This document shows, piece by piece, positions 57,071-64,000 of a stretch of DNA of 64,000 bases. This stretch comes from a virus. The notes under the pieces are model-generated. The model saw only the letters and a list, made by a program, of their open reading frames with translations. It was not told the origin of the DNA and did no database searches. A program made the position numbers and the translations under genes. The stretch lies in IMG/VR virus record IMGVR_UViG_3300031774_000005, positions 1 through 64,000 of that record; one strand, written 5' to 3'. Each line of letters starts with the position of its first letter. The stretch's first letter is position 1.

Positions 57071-57428
57071 AATTCTCACTTACTTTTATTCCTAAGTATT
57101 CGCATTTGTATCTAAGAAAATTTAGCCCATCTAAGATTATTCCTTTGATGGTATTTTCTGTTTCCGAAGCGTCTCCTGCAAAGATAAACGCTAAACTTGT
57201 TCCTTGATAAGTATTCCAAGCAACCGCTTGCTTCTCATCTATTGGGTCAAAAAATACTGCCATTTCCGAGTATTTCTTAATCTGTTGAAGATGAATAACT
57301 ACTCCCTTAATCAACAGTTCCACTTCTTCTTCTTTCAAATCCCCAAATACTACAAATGTAAAACTCGTAGCCGTTCCATGACTTTCTATCCATTCTTGAA
57401 TATGAAGGTCATTGAACATAATAATCAT
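57063..57428 (-). CDS. Hypothetical protein
   Basis: 121-aa coupled ORF. Confidence 0.6.
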   Translation of the reverse strand: MIIMFNDLHIQEWIESHGTATSFTFVVFGDLKEEEVELLIKGVVIHLQQIKKYSEMAVFFDPIDEKQAVAWNTYQGTSLAFIFAGDASETENTIKGIILDGLNFLRYKCEYLGIKVSENYV

Positions 57429-57874
57429 TCCTTCATGTATTCCATGTTTGACGGCCAATATCCATTAGGTGCAGTATTTGTTTCTAACCAAAAGAAATGT
57501 GCAGCAGTTATTCGACTATCGCCCCTGCTTATAGCATTTTCTTCTGCGTTGGCTATTAAGTTGCATAAAGCCGTTTCAACCCATTCACCCACGAAATACC
57601 TTGCTTGATTAGAAACTTGTAAATCTGTATTTTCCTTAAACAGTTTTGTTATATTCACCTTTGTTTTTGGTTTATGTTTTGGTATTTGTGGTTTCTCCGG
57701 AATAACAATTGCATTATCTTTGATATAAGGACAATACTTCTGTAATACTAATTTAGGTCTGCCTTGCTCATGTAATATATTTTTAAGATGAGCATAACCT
57801 TCTTTATCAATTTTAATACATCTATAAGTTATGGTATCAATAATTGTCATTTCTCCTGCTTGAATCATAATCAT
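57425..57874 (-). CDS. Protein with C-terminal histone fold
   Basis: ITKLFK..LQVSNQA..VE..LIANAEENAISRGDSRITAAHF. Confidence 0.65.
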   Translation of the reverse strand: MIMIQAGEMTIIDTITYRCIKIDKEGYAHLKNILHEQGRPKLVLQKYCPYIKDNAIVIPEKPQIPKHKPKTKVNITKLFKENTDLQVSNQARYFVGEWVETALCNLIANAEENAISRGDSRITAAHFFWLETNTAPNGYWPSNMEYMKE

Positions 57875-58260
57875 TCCTCTTCCATTGGTTCTAACGCCTG
57901 TTGTAATACTGCTTTAATTAAGCCAATATCATCATTTCCATTCTCTATAAAATTAAGAGCAGTTAGTATGATGTGCTTATGTCTTTGGTCGTCAAGAGCG
58001 TATTTATCATTCTCAAGCATACCTAAAGTTTGAGCAATCTTCTTTTTGGCATCTTTTCTTTGATAGTTTGTTTCGCCTTGTTGATGTAAAAGAATAAATC
58101 TTCTTTGATATAAACCAAGAAGATGAACATATTGAGTTCTTATTCTTCTCATGATATTCCTAATTTCACGATTAGTTTGGTTCATTGATAAATCACTTAT
58201 CTTTATACTTCTACCAAATATATCTGTCATGTATTTAGTATTCCATGATGCACCTTTCAT
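57871..58260 (-). CDS. Hypothetical protein
   Basis: 129-aa coupled ORF. Confidence 0.6.
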   Translation of the reverse strand: MKGASWNTKYMTDIFGRSIKISDLSMNQTNREIRNIMRRIRTQYVHLLGLYQRRFILLHQQGETNYQRKDAKKKIAQTLGMLENDKYALDDQRHKHIILTALNFIENGNDDIGLIKAVLQQALEPMEEE

Positions 58261-59792
58261 TCTAATCTCTCCACATCTTCTAAGGTATTAATATCCGCAA
58301 CAAACTTATCATCTCTAATTCTAACACATCTTGGGAATCTTAAGCCTAAGTTGTCCTTTTCATCTCTTGAAACTAAATCAGCCTTAACTTCTAAAACTAC
58401 AACAGGTGAAACAAAGAACTGCCCATTCTCAAATTTCTCAACATTTCTTCTTAGCGTATTTGTTAGTGTGATTAAATCCTCATCGGAAAAACCACTACCA
58501 CACCAACCAACGCTTTGATAACCATTGTCGGACTTTACTCCTAATTCAAATGTGCCGAATACATTTGCTCTTTTACCTTCTCCATACTTAGTAGATAATA
58601 TAACTACATCAAGATTAATTTGTGGTGGTTTGTATTTAGCCCAACCAACACTTCTTTTCCCTGCTTCATAAGCCATTGAAGAATCTTTGACGATAATACC
58701 TTCAAAACCATCATTAATTGCTTGATGATAAAAAGCCATAATATCGCCTTCTGTTATTCGGTGCGCTTGATTCGGTAAATCTTTCATCTTCTCAAGCCTT
58801 TCATTGTATGGTAAATCCATAATAGTTTCATCGTTTAGCATAAGACAATCAAAGATAACCCATTCAACCTTTACCTTTTCTGCCGCTTCTAAATGATTCT
58901 TAGAATGAACTCTTGTAGCCATTAGTTTATGTGGTGCAGGTGTTCCATCATCTTTTATTGGATATATTTCACCATCAAGTATTGCGTTCTTAATATCATA
59001 CTTTGCACATAATAAAACAATATCGGGGAATTGAACTGTTACCAATTTACCCTTACGATTAAAAATCATTACCTTGCCATCTTCAATATGAATTTGATAC
59101 CTATTACCATCATACTTGTAATCAACAACAAAGTTAGTTGGCCACTTATTCATAGGCACTTCTTTTGCTAACATAGGTGCTACAAACTTTCCGTGTGTTA
59201 AATTACATGGAGGTTCTATTCCTCTTTCATAGGCAGAACAAACTACTTCAATAGAATTAAAGTTCAAGTGTTTCTTAACCTCTTTAACTTTCTTCTTGTA
59301 GTAATGAGCCATAATTTTCGTGACTGTTCCTCTATTGATACCGTTTCTTGGTGTTCTTAGAAGATACCTAATGAACCATCTTCGGCCATTAGCAGACATA
59401 CCGACTAAAGCCGTTTCTACATTTGTAAAAACATCGGAATCAATTTTACCACAATTAAATTCCAATATTAGTTTAGCACTTAGTAAAGGCATACCGTCTT
59501 TTATTTCTGTTTCTGCTGAAACATCAAGATAATATATCGCATCTCCTAAATCATTATGAGCCGCTAACAGTCCATCTATTTCACTTTCAAATACATCAAA
59601 TATCTTCGCTAACCATTTCTTAGCCTTTGCTAAACCTAAGTTATTAGCAGTAAGGTTATCTTTATCTAAAATAGATAATACTAATCCTTTATTTTCAAAA
59701 TTCTCAAGAGCGTTTCCTATCATTTTTATCTGTTGCGTTGGTGTTAGAGTATCGCTCGCTTCTAATAACCTTGCCATTCGTTCCCATGTCAT
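58257..59792 (-). CDS. lig: ATP-dependent DNA ligase
   Basis: PMLA, YKYDGNR, LDGE, FDCL, EGIIVK, WAKYK, LRFPR..RIRDDK. Confidence 0.95.
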   Translation of the reverse strand: MTWERMARLLEASDTLTPTQQIKMIGNALENFENKGLVLSILDKDNLTANNLGLAKAKKWLAKIFDVFESEIDGLLAAHNDLGDAIYYLDVSAETEIKDGMPLLSAKLILEFNCGKIDSDVFTNVETALVGMSANGRRWFIRYLLRTPRNGINRGTVTKIMAHYYKKKVKEVKKHLNFNSIEVVCSAYERGIEPPCNLTHGKFVAPMLAKEVPMNKWPTNFVVDYKYDGNRYQIHIEDGKVMIFNRKGKLVTVQFPDIVLLCAKYDIKNAILDGEIYPIKDDGTPAPHKLMATRVHSKNHLEAAEKVKVEWVIFDCLMLNDETIMDLPYNERLEKMKDLPNQAHRITEGDIMAFYHQAINDGFEGIIVKDSSMAYEAGKRSVGWAKYKPPQINLDVVILSTKYGEGKRANVFGTFELGVKSDNGYQSVGWCGSGFSDEDLITLTNTLRRNVEKFENGQFFVSPVVVLEVKADLVSRDEKDNLGLRFPRCVRIRDDKFVADINTLEDVERLE

Positions 59793-59937
59793 CTATAATC
59801 ACTTCCATATTTTCATTTATATTTTTTATCAGTTCTTTTAACAGGCTACTGATTTTCCCGTCATGCTTTTCAGCATATGTCCACATAGCATTTGCTAAGT
59901 AAATCCATTCATTCTTCTTCATTTGATTCTTCCCCAT
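59704..59937 (-). CDS. Hypothetical protein
   Basis: 77-aa ORF overlapping neighbours. Confidence 0.45.
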   Translation of the reverse strand: MGKNQMKKNEWIYLANAMWTYAEKHDGKISSLLKELIKNINENMEVIIDDMGTNGKVIRSERYSNTNATDKNDRKRS

Positions 59938-60274
59938 CTAATCTTTGAAGCAATCTCAAGAAGTTAGCCATGATTTGTTGTATAGTATGTATTTCTTCTT
60001 GGTTGCCTCTTTCAATAAAGCGGTGCATCATATGAATAAAAGTTGCTTGAGTAATAGCAGGTGCTAATCTTGCTAAATCGTTATGGGAATAAATCTCCCA
60101 ATAACAAACAAAAGAGGCTCTTGCTAAGTAATTACCTTTAGCGATACCTGCATATCCCATATTAAAATGTTCTAATTCAACATCATTAAGTGCTTTCTTT
60201 TGTTTCTTAGCCCATTCATCAAACTTCTTATCATTTGTTGTTATTAAAAATAATTTATTGTTCATCTTCTTCAA
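59909..60274 (-). CDS. Hypothetical protein
   Basis: 121-aa ORF. Confidence 0.6.
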   Translation of the reverse strand: MKKMNNKLFLITTNDKKFDEWAKKQKKALNDVELEHFNMGYAGIAKGNYLARASFVCYWEIYSHNDLARLAPAITQATFIHMMHRFIERGNQEEIHTIQQIMANFLRLLQRLDGEESNEEE

Positions 60275-60527
60275 CTCCTTTATCCATAAAATCTCTTAAT
60301 GTTTTGTAAAATCTACTGTATGCTAATTCAACATGAAGTCTTTGAACTCTACTTCCTGCCCCTTTTCTTGGTGGAACAGTCATTTGACTTTCCAAATACT
60401 GTGCAAATAAATCCATTAAATCTGCTGAACAGTTAATGAATAAATCTACTGAACCATGTCCATACTGTCTATCTTCGTTTGCTTTCTTCAAACTCTTTTT
60501 GGCTTGAACTACGCTTATTCTTTTCAT
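60255..60527 (-). CDS. Putative histone-fold protein
   Basis: ISVVQAKKSLKK (a1), long central helix, GSRVQRLHVELA (L2-a3). Confidence 0.5.
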   Translation of the reverse strand: MKRISVVQAKKSLKKANEDRQYGHGSVDLFINCSADLMDLFAQYLESQMTVPPRKGAGSRVQRLHVELAYSRFYKTLRDFMDKGVEEDEQ

Positions 60528-60733
60528 TCTATCTCTCTCCCTAATATTTGTAATAATAATTTTGCTTCTTCCATGTTCACCCGAACACCTTTCATTGTTG
60601 GTAAATTATCTTTAAACCAGCGAATATCCAAGACTTCAATATTCCTGTATTTACCTCTTTTAATTTTACATTCCATGCTATCATCACGGATAATAGTTCC
60701 AATAACTTCTAATCCATCTGTCATGTTAGCCAC
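60524..60733 (-). CDS. PC4-like ssDNA-binding protein
   Basis: YRNIEVLDIRWF...PTMKGVRV. Confidence 0.75.
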   Translation of the reverse strand: MANMTDGLEVIGTIIRDDSMECKIKRGKYRNIEVLDIRWFKDNLPTMKGVRVNMEEAKLLLQILGREIE

Positions 60734-61119
60734 CCCTGTTTGAATTTATCTAAATCCTGTCTTGATGTAAAGTATCTTGGTGTATCTAATTCATCAATAC
60801 GATTAACTATCCAACATGCGCCTCCTAATGAAGAAACTTGAACCACTTCATATTGACCGCTATTTACTTCTATAACTTCTTTAGTATTTATTTTAGGAAC
60901 TAATCCCCACTTAAGAGTTAATTCTTGAGCAACTTCATGTATGTTTTCAGCAACATATTTTATGATATGCGCTCTTTGAATAGGTATTTTAGGAGCAACT
61001 TCTATTGCTAATTCACCTGTCATTTTACAGACATTACATTTGTTTCCTAAACAAATAGGACACTTTACTCTTGCTTTATGCGGAGCAGGTAAATTAACTG
61101 TTATTGCTTTCTTTTTCAT
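60721..61119 (-). CDS. Zn-finger protein (DnaJ-type CxxCxG repeats)
   Basis: CPICLGNKCNVCKMTG. Confidence 0.6.
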   Translation of the reverse strand: MKKKAITVNLPAPHKARVKCPICLGNKCNVCKMTGELAIEVAPKIPIQRAHIIKYVAENIHEVAQELTLKWGLVPKINTKEVIEVNSGQYEVVQVSSLGGACWIVNRIDELDTPRYFTSRQDLDKFKQGWLT

Positions 61120-61217
61120 TTTCTCATCACCTTTATGCACTTCTCACATACACCGTATCGTCTTACATAATAAGCATCTGTTGGTCTTATACGCCTTTTA
61201 CATCTTGAACAGTCCAT
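61116..61217 (-). CDS. 33-aa Zn-finger microprotein (not in ORF track)
   Basis: MDCSRCKRRIRPTDAYYVRRYGVCEKCIKVMRK; GGAGG RBS; overlaps at both ends. Confidence 0.55.
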   Translation of the reverse strand: MDCSRCKRRIRPTDAYYVRRYGVCEKCIKVMRK

Positions 61218-61321
61218 TATTTGTTCCTCCGTTCAATTCTAAATACATTCCCGTCTTTAACAAGAATAATCATTGAACCATCGGAATAAACAGTTGTCAT
61301 TCTTACGATTTCTTTTTCCAT
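61217..61321 (-). CDS. 34-aa microprotein (not in ORF track)
   Basis: MEKEIVRMTTVYSDGSMIILVKDGNVFRIERRNK; GGAGG RBS. Confidence 0.5.
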   Translation of the reverse strand: MEKEIVRMTTVYSDGSMIILVKDGNVFRIERRNK

Positions 61322-61323
61322 AA

Positions 61324-61521
61324 TCAAGCCTCCGACAATAACGCCCATTCAATTTTATCTTTCAAATCAACACCGAATCTGTGTTCATATGCCATAAGAA
61401 AATCAACTACGGTTTCAATACAACCTACCTGTTCTACCATATCTTCTATATCTTGCTTATCCCAATCATAAATATTAGTAGCAATATAACACGCTAAGTT
61501 TTTCATTTCTCTATATCCCAT
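61324..61521 (-). CDS. Hypothetical protein
   Basis: 65-aa ORF with GGAGG RBS. Confidence 0.6.
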   Translation of the reverse strand: MGYREMKNLACYIATNIYDWDKQDIEDMVEQVGCIETVVDFLMAYEHRFGVDLKDKIEWALLSEA

Positions 61522-61523
61522 AC

Positions 61524-63038
61524 TTAAGCCTCCGGCAATAATACTGCTACATCTGTTGAGTAGAATAAAGATGCTATTGATAATGCCGCCAAGAAACTAT
61601 TCTTAACTACCTTATATGGGTCAAAGACTCCTGCTTCTTCTAAGTTTTCTATCTTATTAGTAAGAGCATTGTAGCCCATACCGGAAGAAACATCAATTTC
61701 TAATTTTGATGAAACATCACCGCTATTTTCAATCAATGTTAGCATTGGTTGTTTTAAAGAATATGTGAACCACTTCGGTAAAGTATCGTCTTTTGCTAAT
61801 TTAGCATATAATGTTCCTCCACCAACTACAATTCCTTCTTCTAATGCGGCCTTTGTTGCATGTAAAGCATCATCAAGTCTTTCTTTAGTTTCTCGCATTT
61901 CAATAGATGAAGAAGCACCAATTCTAATTGTGGCAACTCCCCCGCTAAGTTTTGCTATTCTGTTTTTGATTCTTGCTACTTGATGTCCTTTAGTATCTTT
62001 AGCCTGTTTCTTAAGCGTTTCAATTCTACTTAGAATCTCATATTCTTTTTCTTCATTTGTTCCAATAAAGGTAGTTGATTCTTTGGTAATAGATACTTTC
62101 TTACAAGTTCCTAAATCTAAAAGAGTGAAAACTTTAGGGTCGTCTTTGCTTTCTTCAACAAAAACTCTTCCACCTAATGCACAAGCCATATCTCCTAATT
62201 CATTTATTTGTTCATCACCAAAATTAGGTGAAAGGACAACTGCACATTGAATAGTCTTTTGTAAAAGATTCATAACTAAATTATTCATGGCTGAACCATC
62301 AAACCCTTTACAGAAAATAACAAGAGGCCGGTTGTTTGCTGAACTAAATTCTAATAGTGGCATAATATCGCTAAACTTTCTAATAGAAACATTAGACATA
62401 AACACCAATGGATTATCAAACTCAACACGGCCATTTTCAGTATTGCACATCAAATGACTTAGATAGCCTTCATTGATTTCCATACCTTTTCTAATCTCAA
62501 TTTCTGTATTATAATTATTAGATTCTTCAACGGTGATAATACCGTCTCTTCCTACTTCATCAATTGCTCCTTTAATTAGACTACCAAGATGCCTGTCATT
62601 GTTTGCCGCTATTGTAGCAACATTAAGAACATCGTCGTTTTCTACTTCAACAACATAAGTATCTAAATAATTAATCATCGTATCTCTTAAATCGCTAATT
62701 AAGTTATTAAAATCATGAATTGACATATCTTCTCCAAAATCAACTAAATTATTACAAAAAGCCTGTGCTAAAATACAAGCGGTAGTTGTTCCATCGCCCG
62801 AATTATCTTGTGCTTTACTTGCTAAGTTTTGAACTAATTGTATTCCCATTTGAACATACGGGTCTTCATGAGAAATATACTTTGTAATGGTAACTCCGTC
62901 ATTAATAATAATGGGTGGATTACCTTGCAGTATAACTGTTTTGGCTTGTGGGCCAAGTGTAGGTTTTACTGTATTAGCAACTAAATTAATTCCTTCTAAC
63001 AATTTCTTTTTAACTTCTATTCTATCATTCAGTATCAT
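61524..63038 (-). CDS. groEL: Group I chaperonin (GroEL-like)
   Basis: TLGP, NDGVTI, GDGTTT, RIAKLSGGVA, DDALHATKAALEEGIVVGGG, GVFDP. Confidence 0.93.
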   Translation of the reverse strand: MILNDRIEVKKKLLEGINLVANTVKPTLGPQAKTVILQGNPPIIINDGVTITKYISHEDPYVQMGIQLVQNLASKAQDNSGDGTTTACILAQAFCNNLVDFGEDMSIHDFNNLISDLRDTMINYLDTYVVEVENDDVLNVATIAANNDRHLGSLIKGAIDEVGRDGIITVEESNNYNTEIEIRKGMEINEGYLSHLMCNTENGRVEFDNPLVFMSNVSIRKFSDIMPLLEFSSANNRPLVIFCKGFDGSAMNNLVMNLLQKTIQCAVVLSPNFGDEQINELGDMACALGGRVFVEESKDDPKVFTLLDLGTCKKVSITKESTTFIGTNEEKEYEILSRIETLKKQAKDTKGHQVARIKNRIAKLSGGVATIRIGASSSIEMRETKERLDDALHATKAALEEGIVVGGGTLYAKLAKDDTLPKWFTYSLKQPMLTLIENSGDVSSKLEIDVSSGMGYNALTNKIENLEEAGVFDPYKVVKNSFLAALSIASLFYSTDVAVLLPEA

Positions 63039-63192
63039 TCTTTCCTCTCCTATATTGTGTTTCTTTAATTCCTTCTTGTAGTAAATAAACAAGAATCTCA
63101 TTTGTTGTCATATTTAGGTCGTCTCTCATCTTCATTATGAAACTCCATTGTTGTTCCGTAAATGGTAATGAATTAATATTTATTTCCTTCAT
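63025..63192 (-). CDS. 55-aa ribbon-helix-helix-like protein (not in ORF track)
   Basis: MKEININSLPFTEQQWSFIMKMRDDLNMTTNEILVYLLQEG; overlaps groES stop and groEL start. Confidence 0.5.
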   Translation of the reverse strand: MKEININSLPFTEQQWSFIMKMRDDLNMTTNEILVYLLQEGIKETQYRRGKNDTE

Positions 63193-63437
63193 TCTTTCAC
63201 CAACTTAGTTTGTTTTGTTTTAGAAAATACTCCCAACAAGTTTTCTGTTGGAACAAAAATCATATCTTCATGTGTTGGGAATCTATGTCTATCATCAAAT
63301 AGAACTTCTTGTCCTTCTAATTCGGGATATTTAGGACATGAAACAACAAGCCCTCTTCCATCAGTTTTAATTTGAATACCACTTGAAGAAGTTGAGTTCT
63401 CAAGTTTAATTATGCAATAATCTCCAATAGCCCTCAT
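63189..63437 (-). CDS. groES: GroES-like co-chaperonin
   Basis: MRAIGDYCIIK..SSSGIQI..GLVVS..GQEVLF..NLLGV; GGAGG-type RBS; near groEL. Confidence 0.7.
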   Translation of the reverse strand: MRAIGDYCIIKLENSTSSSGIQIKTDGRGLVVSCPKYPELEGQEVLFDDRHRFPTHEDMIFVPTENLLGVFSKTKQTKLVKE

Positions 63438-63706
63438 TACTCTTCCTCCGATGGTAAAGCAACCCAACCTCTTGCAGTTTCGGAAACCCATACTGATGTA
63501 TGAGTTTTGTAAAACTGTTTCAGTCTTTTGTCTCTTTCTGTTTCTTTAGACCAAGTAATGCCTCTATCTTCCCTTCTAATGTTTTTATCATTAGGGTGTC
63601 TTTCTTGATGCCTTCTTTGTCTTTCAAGAAGAGTTTTAGGTTCTTCATCTACAATGACTTCTCCATATTCTCTTTTCTTTTGTTTTCTTTTATTATACAT
63701 ATTCAT
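63437..63706 (-). CDS. Basic hypothetical protein
   Basis: 89 aa, R/K-rich. Confidence 0.55.
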   Translation of the reverse strand: MNMYNKRKQKKREYGEVIVDEEPKTLLERQRRHQERHPNDKNIRREDRGITWSKETERDKRLKQFYKTHTSVWVSETARGWVALPSEEE

Positions 63707-64000
63707 TCCTCTTCATTTCCATATTGATTCCATGTTTGGGTTCTTTCTAATTCGTGATTAACATAAATATCTAATTGTTTAGGTTTATCGTTTTCCCAAA
63801 AACCATAGTGGCCTTTGCCACCTAAAACATAAGCAGTTTCCATCAATGGTTGCCAAATAGATACTGTGCTAATATCTGTTCCACTAAAATAAGCACTACC
63901 GAATGGGTGTGTATGAATCCAACATCTAACAGGCATTTTCATTCCTTTAGGAACAGAACCAAAATCAACAAAACCGGATGAACCGGATGAAACATAACAA
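63703..64000 (-). CDS. JAMM/MPN+ metalloprotease (5' end probably outside the window)
   Basis: WIHTHPFGSAYFSGTD = HxH-x7-S-x2-D. Confidence 0.8.
   Translation of the reverse strand, partial: CYVSSGSSGFVDFGSVPKGMKMPVRCWIHTHPFGSAYFSGTDISTVSIWQPLMETAYVLGGKGHYGFWENDKPKQLDIYVNHELERTQTWNQYGNEEE

Larger units (their letters stand above)
1..64000. mobile_element. Tailed archaeal virus genome segment (probable magrovirus of Marine Group II Euryarchaeota)
   Basis: Terminase-portal-protease-MCP-tail gene order on + strand; archaeal-type primase, RFC, PolB, ERCC4, ATP-dependent ligases and histone folds on - strand; GGTGA/GAGG RBS motifs; no housekeeping genes. Confidence 0.88.

Noticed and set aside
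63039-63101. N-terminal extension of the GroEL ORF (MRFLFIYY...)
   Set aside because: GGAGAGG RBS precedes ATG 63038, and the region is better explained by the overlapping 55-aa ORF

Overview
This is a 64-kb, AT-rich, gene-dense segment of a tailed archaeal virus. It is most consistent with a 'magrovirus' infecting Marine Group II Euryarchaeota (Poseidoniales); this assignment is inferred from gene content and archaeal-type RBS motifs, not from a database search. Two convergent arms meet at a UUCG hairpin terminator near 41.45 kb. The + arm (1-41.4 kb) is morphogenetic: terminase large subunit, Zn-finger-containing portal, a ligase-domain protein, prohead protease/scaffold, major capsid protein, neck, tail tube, frameshifted tail chaperones, tape measure, tail tip and fibre. 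The - arm (41.5-64 kb) is an archaeal-type replication and host-takeover module: exonuclease, MCM-like ATPase, ERCC4 nuclease, primase, Cas4-like nuclease, split PolB, sliding clamp, RecA-like ATPase, SSB, RFC, a second DNA ligase, PC4, GroEL/GroES and a JAMM protease. Most notable observations: (1) an Arf-like small GTPase with all G1-G5 motifs, coupled to two membrane proteins in the middle of the virion genes; (2) a recurrent W-x-x-[IFQ]-L-K tag on unrelated accessory proteins (GNAT, ADP-ribosyltransferase-like and others) that ends like the apparent prohead-protease cleavage motif, suggesting a capsid-targeting system for injected effectors; (3) a second ligase in the head module with a degenerate LigD-phosphoesterase-like domain; (4) two histone-fold proteins; (5) a non-catalytic TFS-like Zn ribbon; (6) a PolB split into two genes. 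No tRNA, rRNA or CRISPR array was seen. All family calls are motif recognition by eye.
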